A DNA stretch of 62,100 nt, counting the filler, from Sluysia triapertura (lineage: Eukaryota), in the NCBI GenBank assembly GCA_046118255.1. It is 4 parts of 4 records of this genome, joined end to end, with 100 filler letters (N's around TTAATTAATTAA, not from the genome) between each part and the next. Parts side by side here need not be neighbours in the genome. Positions count along the whole stretch, not along the records: positions 14,106 to 26,849 come from JBJNIA010084585.1; positions 26,950 to 49,691 come from JBJNIA010218473.1; 2 more parts are not named here. One strand, given 5' to 3'. Position 1 is the first letter of the stretch. Each line of letters begins with the position of its first letter. The translations under genes and the position numbers were made by a program. A model generated the notes under the pieces. The model saw only the letters and a list, made by a program, of their open reading frames with translations, was not told where the DNA came from and made no database searches. Below, piece by piece: positions 24,172 through 35,742 of the stretch.

Positions 24172-24425
24172 CTTGTAATTGTTATTTGAAAACATACATA
24201 TTCAGCAATATAAGCAGCTAATCGTGTTAACGACTTTTTACCAGACCCACCAACACCAACTAATAAAATATTACCTTTTTGCATACGAATTACACGAGAT
24301 ATTTTAACAACATGAATCATTGCATCAATGAAGAAAACTAAATTGATTTTAGTGCCTCGTACAATTTCATTGTACTGATTATTGAACATAATCAAACGAT
24401 TTTGAAATGATTCCATATCAGGTAT
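24172..24425 (-). CDS. DNAH5: Dynein heavy chain exon, AAA4 P-loop
   Basis: [19 protein letters not shown]...[17 protein letters not shown]; cag/gt boundaries. Confidence 0.92.
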
Positions 24426-26849
24426 CTGGAATTAATTTGTTTATTCTTGTACAGTTTATTTAATTTAATCTCAACATTAATTATTAACTTTTTAAAAAAC
24501 TAATAAGTAATAATAAAATTTAATAATTAATAGACAACGATATAAATAAACAATTACATGTTACTTATCTTTCGTACATAACTTTTATAACAGTCTACTG
24601 ATTTTATTACAGAGCTGGTAACCAAGTTCAGGTTAAATTAGAGATCGAAATAAGGCAATTTAAATAAATAGAAAATAAACAATTATAATGAAAGTATGTC
24701 CAGTGACATTGGATAATGAACCGCAAAGGGTTTGTATACATTATACTTTAGAGCACGATAATATTATTGATTGAACATCAATATCTCTATAAATTCACGA
24801 ATAAAGATTAACATACGATGCAAGTAAAAACGATTTATTGAAAATTTTAACTAATATTTCTTTGAAAAAGCAATGTTTTACCTTGGAAATGTTGACAATG
24901 TTAGAAAAGGTAATTTCTATATAAATGGTGTCGAATTAGTATGAANNNNNNNNNNNNNNNNNNNNNNNNNNNNNNNNNNNNNNNNNNNNNNNNNNNNNNN
25001 NNNNNNNNNNNNNNNNNNNNNNNNNNNNNNNNNNNNNNNNNNNNNNNNNNNNNNNNNNNNNNNNNNNNNNNNNNNNNNNNNNNNNNNNNNNNNNTTTTGT
25101 GAAATATACTTTTGGATTGATTCTGTCTTTAGATTTTCCGTCTTTTAACTCAAATGTTTTTTAATATACAATTCTTAGTTTATTGTTAAGCTCTCTTTTA
25201 TGATTTTACTTAAGACTTATTCTCCTCTCTAGTTTTGATGTATAAAACTAATAATCTTTTATTTAATGTTTATCTTTATACTCTAAATATTAAATTCTCT
25301 TTTGGATTTTATTGTAATATAAATCTAACTCAAAAATTTTCTAATATACAAATCTCTTATTAGATTACTATTGAAATCTCCTGATAATTTTAATTTCGTT
25401 TATTCAAGACTTATTCGCTTTAATATTACATTGATTTAGTATCAAATTCTCTTTTTCTTTAATCTTTATTTGGAAGCTTAGTTCGGTCTTTGTCTCCAAT
25501 CTTAAAGATGGAAGTGCTAAATTGGAGTTCTATAAACTATTATTTTAAATCTTAAAAATCCCACTTCCAAAGCCCTAGTAATCAACAAATAATAAGTCTT
25601 TACTTAACAAAAGATATATTAATAACTATAAATACAAACTATAAATGAATATACTTCAAATTTTGTAAAGTTTCTTTTGTATTTATTTTAATTTTATGTA
25701 GTTTATTTATTCTGAAAATTTATATCATGTAATTTACGTAGGAAAATAATAAAATCAAATAGTTATTAAAATCAAATGTTGTTCATCAAAAGATTTACCA
25801 ATATCAAATGTGTCTGAATCCCTTATTGCTTACCACGATTAATATTAGCAGATAGTTTTTGGCTTATCGGAATTTAATCAGTATTACTCACGAAGTTTAT
25901 GTTGTCAAATAGTTCTTAGTCAAATGGTATTTAATTCGTCAATATCATGTGTTATCTAATAATCAGTGCACCAAAATTGAAGAGTACAACGTTTATCGAT
26001 TTCAATATTATGTCGATGTTAATTTCTTTTATTGCAAAAATTTTGTTTTTTTTCAATATCTTTTCAGACACGTATGCATAAAATCTGTACATAAATTTTT
26101 ATTTGTTATTTTCCAGCGTACAAAATTATTGTTACTACACAAAATTTTTTTATTCGTAATTTATCATTTTCTACGTGCAAAATTTAATATTTATTAAGAA
26201 TTTTTTTCTTATAATTATTTAGAAAATTACAAATTTAACAAACTTAATGCTTCCATAAAATTAAACATTCATATGTGCATTCAATATTCATATATTTTAA
26301 ACATTTCCTTTATTCATAACTACTTACTAACACAAAACAAAATTCATACAATTTATCAGTAATATTCAATCTTTTTTTATCTAGCGCATTTTTTGGATTT
26401 CTTTATATTTAAATAATTCATTATTTGACATTCAAATATTTGCAATGGCTCATCAAGATTCAACATTCATATTATCTTACTCATTATTCATACATCATTA
26501 ATATTAATTATTAATTTATAATTATTCAAACATTCATTGTTTTCAAGTATTCATTTATTAACATAATCAAACAATTATTTTTCAAATATTCATTTATCAA
26601 TATTTTAACAATTCATCATTCATTTAGTTTCATTAACAATCATTCATTATTTCATACTGATATTCGATCATCCAGCAAAATCTCATTCATTAACTTTATC
26701 ATCATACTTTATTTTTACATTATTATTAATATCACAATATTATTACTGTTATTACTGTTTGTTTTGTTTTATATAACTCCAACTTCGATTACCCCGATGA
26801 TTCGGAAAACATTTGTAATATTACAACGGTTCCTCATTTAAATTTAATT

Positions 26850-26949
26850 NNNNNNNNNNNNNNNNNNNNNNNNNNNNNNNNNNNNNNNNNNNNTTAATTA
26901 ATTAANNNNNNNNNNNNNNNNNNNNNNNNNNNNNNNNNNNNNNNNNNNN
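26850..26949. other. Artificial scaffold-concatenation linker
   Basis: N44-TTAATTAATTAA-N44. Confidence 0.97.
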
Positions 26950-27403
26950 ATCTCGAATAATTCACAACATTCACTCAAAAGCTATCTCTTCAAACAAACC
27001 ACAACCACAATATACAATACACAAATTATAAACACAATGACACCATTCAACACCGTTAACAAATACCTCAGAAATAGAAAACATTTACATTAAAATCTTT
27101 AACAAACTACACCAAACTAAATTTACTTAATTTACACATATTCATCATCAACATGTATTCTTAATAACATTATAATACGTTAAGATTTATTTTGTAATCA
27201 TCGTTTAAAACTAAAGTAATTTCAACCTTTCACTAAGTATATCAAACTATCACATTTAAGGCTTAAATATTATTTTTAAGTACAAACACTCAATAAATTT
27301 CAATAAGTTTTTCTAACATTCTTCGTTTCAATTACAACTCGATTCATTCCTATTTCATTTAAAAATAAACAATTAAGCTTTAAACGATTCATTATCTAAA
27401 CAA

Positions 27404-27460
27404 GAAGCAACAACGATAATAATAACGAGACGTACTATACCTCGTTATCATTGTTTCTTC
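27404..27460. repeat. Spaced inverted repeat IR0, cassette copy B
   Basis: GAAGCAACAACGATAA/TTATCATTGTTTCTTC (14/16, 25-nt spacer) plus inner ATAACGAG/CTCGTTAT. Confidence 0.7.
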
Positions 27461-27640
27461 ACAGTATTTCATAAGTTTTATTTCTTTTATTTATTTTATA
27501 TGTCAGAAGGTAAAGAAATATAACGAAAAAAGATCGTGTAGAAGTTTCAAAGAGGATTTTATGCGATCTTTATTTAATAATAATAATAATAACAATGTTA
27601 TTATTGTTATTATTGTCATTATTATCACTGTTTTTAATTT

Positions 27641-27790
27641 TTGTTGTCACCTTCATCAATAGTGACACTTAGTCATTCTTTTCATTTGCACGTCTCTATT
27701 GATGATGGTTTAGTACCATAAATTAATCAATTCGTCAAAATCCAATCACGACAAAAATTATACAGAATATTATACCAGTCGTGATTGGAT
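27641..27790. repeat. Double spaced inverted-repeat module (IR1+IR2), cassette copy B
   Basis: ACCTTCATCAATAGTGAC (27649-27666)/GTCTCTATTGATGATGGT (27692-27709), 16/18; perfect ATCCAATCACGAC (27740-27752)/GTCGTGATTGGAT (27778-27790); both spacers 25 nt. Confidence 0.9.
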
Positions 27791-27902
27791 AACCAATGAC
27801 AGCATGTATAAAAATAAAACATTGTTAAGAAAATTAAAAATTAGCAGCTCAGATTATAATTTTCAACTGGATTAAAAAATTATCAACAATCATAAAATTT
27901 TT

Positions 27903-29141
27903 ATGTCTTCAAAGCAGTCTGATACAATGATACTGATAATTGACCAAAAGGTTATGAAAATATCCGAATCTAAATTAGATAAACAATATGTACACGATAA
28001 AATGCTTGATTCTTTTCCTAAAGATGTTATAATATTTCATACTCCAGATAATAAAAAAGTAGCTAATTCAGTACATGAACTAAAAAATGTTGCTAGCGTT
28101 TCACTTTGTGTAGTTTTTCAAGGTTTTATCAATGATAATGAACATAAAGCTTTTAGAAAAGTTCTAAAAAATAAATGTTATAAAAACAGAGAAATAATCA
28201 TTAGTAAATCATTGCCAAACAATCACATTACTAGATTACCGTATTATCATTATTCCTGTAACGAAGATAAAGATAAAAAATATGTGCATTTGATTGCGAA
28301 CTATGTTCCTCAGAATGTTATGCGAATTTTATCTTTTCATAATCGAAATAATCCATGTATGTCTACCATTTATTTTACTAACATTACTAACATTAATGTA
28401 AAAAATGAATTTACGTCAATAGATCTTCCTTCTCATTCCAGAATTTATTCTCAGTTGGCTATCACTAGTCTATCCACATCAAAACAATTAAAATCTTTGA
28501 AGAAAAATAAAGTTTCATTTAACAATCATAAAGAAATTATTTTAAGTAATGAGCACGATGTTTTACTGGGTCCAGACTATATCAATGTTGATCGTCCCTC
28601 GAACACTATCGCTAATGATGACAATAAAATTAACAGTCATGACAATAACAATAATAATACAACTGATGAAAGTGTAAATGGTAACCCAAAACAAAATTTC
28701 GAAAATCGTTTTGTAAAATATGAATTACATCATGATGTGAATCACAATGTTCCTGACAATAATCTACCAGAAGGCTATGAATACGTAAAGTCAATTATTA
28801 CGATCTCAAAAATAAAAGCTGAAAAAGAAGCGAAAGATTTTTTCAGCAATTTAATCTATTCTGAAGTATGTAAGTTGATATGCAATGAAAATTTTGGTGA
28901 AAATCCACATATTGATCATCTAAAAGCAGTATTTTCAACGGTAAAAAACTTTCAGTATTATTATTATTTGGCCAAAACTTTATCAATAAGTTATGGCGAT
29001 TATCAAGTGGAATTAGACTACGGAATATGCTCGTTAGATGCAGAAAAACTAGGTGCAGATAATACAATGAATATACTTGTCAAGCAAGAGTCTATAACTT
29101 TCAGGAAGAACGACATCATTAACGTAAAAATAATTTTGTAA
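27903..29141 (+). CDS. Orphan protein, cassette cargo family member B (412 aa, N-terminal part)
   Basis: Uninterrupted 1.24-kb ATG-initiated ORF 113 nt after IR2; motif homology to copy A and the 9100 fragment; no known domain recognised. Confidence 0.65.
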   Translation: MSSKQSDTMILIIDQKVMKISESKLDKQYVHDKMLDSFPKDVIIFHTPDNKKVANSVHELKNVASVSLCVVFQGFINDNEHKAFRKVLKNKCYKNREIIISKSLPNNHITRLPYYHYSCNEDKDKKYVHLIANYVPQNVMRILSFHNRNNPCMSTIYFTNITNINVKNEFTSIDLPSHSRIYSQLAITSLSTSKQLKSLKKNKVSFNNHKEIILSNEHDVLLGPDYINVDRPSNTIANDDNKINSHDNNNNNTTDESVNGNPKQNFENRFVKYELHHDVNHNVPDNNLPEGYEYVKSIITISKIKAEKEAKDFFSNLIYSEVCKLICNENFGENPHIDHLKAVFSTVKNFQYYYYLAKTLSISYGDYQVELDYGICSLDAEKLGADNTMNILVKQESITFRKNDIINVKIIL

Positions 29142-29200
29142 GTATTAATTTTTGTCTTTTTTGAATTTTCATTTAGTCATCAAACGATTTAGCCGGATCA

Positions 29201-29680
29201 ATGAAGCGCAACAAGAAAAATGGGGTTCAGTATAAAGAAGTTGGAAGGATGATATTGACTTCCAAGTCAAACAAATTAATTGTTATTTTTACAAAACCCA
29301 TTGATGTAATAAAATTTTATGTTAATAGTTCTATATTTTCAATTTGTCTTTTCAAACGTAAAATATACCTTGTATCTCGTGTTGAATTACGTAAACATAA
29401 ATCTAATAACGATAGAACTGTTGATGATTTAAGACTTAGAATAAATAAACTGATAGCTATAAGCATTCAAGCTCGAAATTTATGTAAAATTTATGAGACA
29501 AATAAGTTTGAACATAGTAAAAACTATAAGCAAAGAATGTCGATATATAATAAAGCTATATACATAAGACAACTTATTAATGTCATGACAGGAATTAATT
29601 ACGATGTAATAGGCCATCTTTTAAAATTCCATCCAAATAATCATGAAAAAACTTTTATTAAATTCTTAGATAAAAAATAA
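29201..29680 (+). CDS. Downstream part of cargo gene B (probably joined to the previous ORF through a short intron; degraded continuation to ~30000)
   Basis: The 60-nt gap has GT donors and a pyrimidine tract ending tttag; AGSMKR and IKFYVNSS align with GGTMKR and INFYIYSS in the single ORF of copy A. Confidence 0.55.
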   Translation: MKRNKKNGVQYKEVGRMILTSKSNKLIVIFTKPIDVIKFYVNSSIFSICLFKRKIYLVSRVELRKHKSNNDRTVDDLRLRINKLIAISIQARNLCKIYETNKFEHSKNYKQRMSIYNKAIYIRQLINVMTGINYDVIGHLLKFHPNNHEKTFIKFLDKK

Positions 29681-30452
29681 ACTTGTCAAACTAGTCTTAA
29701 ATTTAAATTTACATAACAAATTCACACCCTCCAAACCTACATCATCCTCAAATTGTTATCAGGAGTATTACTCACAAATCATGGCAAGTCTCAATACATC
29801 ATAAAATGGTGTCAAAAGTATTACTACTCAAAATATGGTACGGATCATTCCTCCATAAGTCATTATTTAATTTTAAAGTATTTTTACTCATAGTCCAATA
29901 TAATGACGCTGATGTTATTTTAACTTTCTGTTTACCAAAAAATGTACGTATGCATTGCATACCATGCGAGTCCATAAAATTACAAAAAATTAACCCATAA
30001 AATTACAAAGTTAATTTTTTCATTAAACAGATTTATGCAAAAAGTCAGAAAAGTAAAACAATTTTCATCTAACGTATTACTAGAAAATAATTAATGTAAT
30101 TTACACTCGAGTCTACTGGACACGACTGGTATACAGAAGGTAAATGTATATTCATTGACATTTTTAAGTGACACAGAATTCTATATGACAAATATTCATC
30201 AATTCACGCAAATACTTACTACCTTTAGTTTTATTTCTGTGAGAAAAATTCCAACATGTTTAGTTTATATCGGATCAAAGGTTATTATGCGCATTTTTAA
30301 TACCATTAGTCATTTCATTGTAGATTGTAATTTTATGAAAATTTCAATGAGGATTTTAAAAGCACAATTAAGTTCATTTCAAACCAACTTTCTTTTAACG
30401 GTTTAATCATCTTATTATAGTCATCTTAAGATATAGGGCTAAGTCCTCAACC

Positions 30453-31274
30453 TGTTGTTTGTGCATGTTTGTTTTATTATTCGCCGAGTATACTACTACA
30501 TTACTATGATAAAAGTAAAGTAACAGAATAAAAACTTAACTTAAAGTGAGTTCACCAACGTACTGGGCTTACCTGTTAGGGCCAGCCGTTGGATTTTGTA
30601 AATCAAGGTAAAGTCTCAAAATATGCTAACAGAGCCTTAATGCTTAATCCTACCTAGAGGTAAACTTTATTAATGTATTTTGTAGTGCTAAGATCCTTTA
30701 GTAATTGTCAAACTGAGGTTCTCTGTAAGTTTACTTGAAGATAATATTTAAAAAGAATTGCTTAAAAACTTTAGTGCTTAAAATATAAATGAAAATTGAA
30801 GTTTATTTAGTGATTTTGCGTAGATTCCGTTATATGGAATCGTTGTAACAGATTTTACGTTTCTAGAATTCAATGCTAGCTTCTTCAAAGCAATTGTAGT
30901 ACTGGATTTTAGGAGATTTTGAGACTATAAAAATTAAGAGATTAAATAATTGTAAACAAAAACTGTTATCTTAGTTAGTTGATCACTAATTATAATTTAG
31001 AAATATATTTTACAATGGATCTACTATATGATCCCAATATATTTAATGAGTTTAAGTTTATTTTACGTAGGATATTTAAAAATATCAACCTTAATACAAT
31101 TAAACTAACGTGATTAATAGAATAACAAAATTTCGATTCAAATGGGTAAAAATCTTGAAAAATTGCAACCAAAAGTCTCAGTTAAAAAGTTCTATTAAAA
31201 ATTTATGTTAAATTATGTCTTAATTGTCGATTCTTATATAGTTGTTTTAGTCTGACCTTGGTCAGATTAAAACA
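30453..31274 (+). mobile_element. Solo LTR (822 bp) with 4-bp target-site duplication
   Basis: AACC|TGTTG...AAACA|AACC; homologous partial copy at ~14.1-14.7 kb; hairpin at the 3' end. Confidence 0.65.
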
Positions 31275-31799
31275 AACCAAAAATGGTAATAATTTAAAAT
31301 AATTTGAAATAATAATTTTGGAATAATCACGTTAATCAACTGAAAAATAATAAATTCTTTAATTGAAAAATATTTAAAAAATAATATTACAAAATTATTT
31401 TTACTTTATATTAAATTCCGAAAAAATTAATATGATTTCGAATAATAATTTAAATGATTTACATAAAAATGAAAACCAAATACAAAATAAAAATCAATAA
31501 GTTAACAAAATTGTTATCAAATCAAAATAGTCAATGTTGCATGTATACATTTAATAATTAATCAATGTAATATTAAATCAATGTATGTTTTTATATATTT
31601 ACATATTTAATCAATAACATTGCTATACTATACTACTGTATTTTTTGGCACATTTGGCTAATACATGAAAGATCATAATATCTTATTAAATATAATAAAA
31701 CATAAACATTAAAATCATTATTTGTTGTTGAAAAAAAGATAAATTCCGTTAAAAATACAAAACTGTCAAATAAACTTATTAATTAAATTATCTGTTCAA

Positions 31800-32092
31800 T
31801 CAAGAACGTATAATTAACTCACTTCTTCTAGTGTAACATTTTGTGGAGTTTGGTAGGTATCCGACAATACACCAAACACAAACTTCATTTGTATCTTTAC
31901 CAATTAACAATAAAGTGGAAGCATTAATTCTCTCAGGTAATTCTCCATTATGACTGAGAATTATTATAGTAGTTTGATTTTTGAGTAATTCATAAGCAAA
32001 AGGAATATTTGACGTACAATATAAACTAACTCGTGTAGTATTAACATATATACTACTATCGTTTGGCTCAACCACAGAAATAACAGCTTCAT
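31800..32092 (-). CDS. Terminal exon, small Cys-patterned probable glycoprotein, paralog 1
   Basis: Phase-1 AG acceptor; ...VSLYC...VCVWC-x10-CYTRR; several N-x-S/T sequons. Confidence 0.65.
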
Positions 32093-34008
32093 CTTTAATA
32101 ATAATAATGATAATAATTTAATTATACAATTTTATTATTATGTCACATTCATAATATATTATTTTGTGGCCAAATCTAATGTATAGCAAAATTCAACATA
32201 AATTAAATCTAATACAAAATTGGCGAGAGTCGATTATACAATAGGTACTATTAGTACTCTAATATTGACAATTATATGCAAGATATCTTTGCCTGAGATT
32301 TTATATTAAAAATACACTTCGTGTGAGTCCCTAAAAATCTTAGTCTTACACACTTCAGGCTAAGTTATAAGTAGCAAAAATAATATTTAATGGGGGTTTA
32401 TATTAATAACTAATGTTTATTTTAAGTAATCAATTACCTATTAAACCTTTGATTGATTATTCAACAAAGAGTATTGACTTATGTTAATACGTATATTCTG
32501 AGTTTAAAGTGAGTTTACTACCGTTTATAACGGTATTATTATATAACGGTTTTATTATATTCTTTAACTACGATAAAATCGGTTTTAAATATATTCAGAA
32601 AATTTGAGATTTTAAGTAAGATTTTTCTACCGAATATAAAATCGGTGCCTTAAAGTCAATAAAAATTATAAATTTTAATTAATGACAAATTCTTGGAAAA
32701 TATATTTTATCAAATTAATTTACAATCAATTAGAATTGATGTTAAAAATTAAAATCAAATATAATATAAAATATACAATTAACTAGATTAATTTATAACA
32801 TATTCAATAGATTTTAAAAGAATATTTAAAAATAAATTAAAATCGTTATCAAATTTTTCAAAATAATTTACGTGAATTTTAAGGTTCTATTTTAAGTAGA
32901 ACAAACTACAAAAAATTAACTAATCTATCAACAAAATTATATTGAAGAGATGAATAAAGTTTTTTCCACCAAATACAAAATCAATAAGTAAAAATTATTC
33001 ACCAATTACTTACAAGCAAGTTTTGAAATAAATTTAAACAAATAAATTTTTTTTAACTAATAATATGTTGAGAGATATGAATACTATTTATAGTTATTTT
33101 TCAATAAAACAAAATCAATATTATTAATGTTATTTTATATAATTATTATTCAATTTCTATTGGATGATAGAAATAAAATAGCATCAGTCTAATTATAATA
33201 GATAATTTAAAAAATATGCTGTTAGTTATACAATGTGATTCACCGAGAAATTTTATTCACGAATCATTTAAATCGACGCCATTTATCATAATGGAAAACT
33301 TTTCATATTAGTTCCATTAGCAGGAAAAGTGATCAATTCTTTTCAAGGAGAATATTTATATGATAAATTAAATTAGTAAGTTTATTCTTGTTTAAGGCAA
33401 TAGTACTCGTAAGGTAATTATAATAAAATAGACTTAACTTAAGTTTTGTAAATTATTTGCCTGATGTTTTAAGGGACAAAATAAATTTTTAACCTCATTA
33501 ACATAAAAAATTAAAGGCCATGTTAAGGCTTTAATTATAAAATAATAAATTAATCTATAATAGTTGTCTTTAATTTCTATTCTTATTACTGCTAACGTTT
33601 AGTTATATTTTTATTAATGAGGATTCGTTTTGTTCAGTTATTACGATTAATAGGTAAAGTGAGATACATTAAATAAATTACTTGATAATTAAGAACCTCT
33701 AATTAAGATAAAACGTTGCATTTACTAAAAGATAAAGTGTAGCCTAATTTTTCATATTAATTATGCTAAGATTTGTTTAACTATAGTTACAGGAACACTA
33801 TGTTTACGATGTAAGACGTTTACTGTAACCGGACCCCTGCTCAATTTTTTTGAGGCAGGTTAAAAAGTAAAAATACCACAGCATCATCATTTCAATCATA
33901 CTTAATATTTGTTTTCCAAGTGAAGCACAAATACGACATGGAACTGTTTTAATCAGATCAACGACATTGTTATTACTGTTGTACTTATTAAGATAACATA
34001 ATACATAT

Positions 34009-34286
34009 TTATTGTCTAACTATACCTTGTCTAGTATAACAAGCTACTGCCGGATCCAGAATTTCATGGGCACATGTTACACAAATTTGTTCCTCATTAT
34101 AATTTTTATGCTGCACATCTACAGGTGTGTGTAATGTATATTTGAAGTCAATAAAAATGTATCCAAATCCAAAAATTTGTTTTAATTGCAATAAAATTTC
34201 TGGACTAATTAAACAGGTAATATTATGTTTCAGTATTGGCCAATAATTTGTAATGTTAGGATACATGTGAAGTTTTACTGGTTTGC
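34009..34286 (-). CDS. Terminal exon, Cys-patterned paralog 2
   Basis: Phase-1 acceptor; ...NITC...FGFGY...ICVTC-x10-CYTRQG. Confidence 0.7.
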
Positions 34287-35549
34287 CTAATTATTCAATA
34301 ATAAAAATTATTTACAAAATTTTAATATTAAATAATAATTAACAATATGATACACATTAATCGATGCTAGAATTATTATCCAAATAGTTTTTAGTTATTA
34401 AATAAATAAATTCAATTAGGATAATAGATTTGTTTTTTGCATAGCTAGAAATTAATTTCAAAATCACTTTTATTTGAACAATCTTACATAAAGTTTGTTT
34501 CAATAATTTCGGTTTCATATATCTTGATATTATTGTTATTTATAATTTTTTAATTTATAAATTTATAATTATTTAAAAGTTTTTATAATTTAATTTTTCA
34601 AAAAATAAATAAATTATATATATAATTAATAGTTATGCAAAATTGTAAAATTAAAAATAATAATAATATTGTAAATTGAATTTTTATAAAATGTTATACC
34701 ATTCCAATAAAAAATACAAAATGACTAAGATGTTATTTGTGTATTCAATTACTTGCTCCAACATTAAAATTAGATATTCATAAATTGAAAAATGTATAAC
34801 TATATTATTAATATTAATAATTTTTAATATATTAATAAGACTATTACTTAATATACTTTGCGTGATTTAACAGTTTAATTTTTTTACATGCAAACCGTAT
34901 TACTCACGATAGAATGAAATCTTTGGTTTAAGGAAGTAGATTCAAATCGGAGAATTATTGAAATACGATTCAAAAGCATTGGACGACGATCTTCCTGATA
35001 TAAAACATTTACAAGCATATAAGAAAGATACAACATTAGCGGAAAAAACACTATGAAAAAGTAAAAGAAATAATTTCCGAAACTGATCAAAATCAAATGA
35101 ATATTTGTCAATGGATAGATTAGCAATTTATTGTTAACGCAAAAGTGTAGGCACAGGTTAAATGTAGATGTATAATCATTCTTAAAAATAAACTTAAAAA
35201 CGTTTTGAGAGAAGACAAACTTTAATGAGAAAATTCTTTCAAAATATTCACTAATTTCTTAATCTAAATTACAAAAGTGCTTGTTTTAATGTTGTTAATG
35301 GTAGATAATACAAGAAGTCTTTTATCAACAAGGTATTGCATATCAATTACACCACGAATTGACAACCTATCTCATTACTTTATATCATTGCATCATATTG
35401 CAAAAGAGAATATTGTTTTTCTTTAGTACATGAATTGTATCACCTATACTTTCCATTTATTATATAAATGAAGATAAAACTTATCACTTTTCCGGTAAAT
35501 TTTTGTAAACATTTAACTATAATCTGTTTGAAAGTTTAAATTTCATTAA

Positions 35550-35742
35550 CATGTTCGCTACCAGCGTCGCATATAATATGACATCAGTTCTTGCTTTTGA
35601 GTTCGTAGTCGCAAATGTGTGGCATGTCCACACTATTGTTAATAAATAATACTGATAAGGTAGACGCGCCACACATTTGCGAGGACGAACTCAAAAGCAA
35701 GAACTCATACGACGCAAATATGCGACGCTGATAAAGAACTTG
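35550..35742. mobile_element. Fold-back MITE, piggyBac-like (193 bp)
   Basis: ~80-bp imperfect inverted arms (e.g. AGTTCTTGCTTTTGAGTTCGT/ACGAACTCAAAAGCAAGAACT); flanked by TTAA and TTAG, consistent with a TTAA target duplication carrying one mismatch. Confidence 0.75.

Noticed and set aside
29400-29680. Tyrosine-recombinase-like look of RTVDDLRLRINKL and YIRQ...GINYDVIGHLLKFH
   Set aside because: Spacing between the putative boxes is ~50 aa (too short), the HxxR His and catalytic Tyr are absent, and the segment has no counterpart in copy A; only an HHpred/Foldseek hit would revive it.
30565-30585. CTTACCTG as a U1 snRNA 5' end
   Set aside because: Downstream sequence lacks U1 stem-loops and an Sm site; it lies inside an LTR and the second copy reads CTTACAAA.
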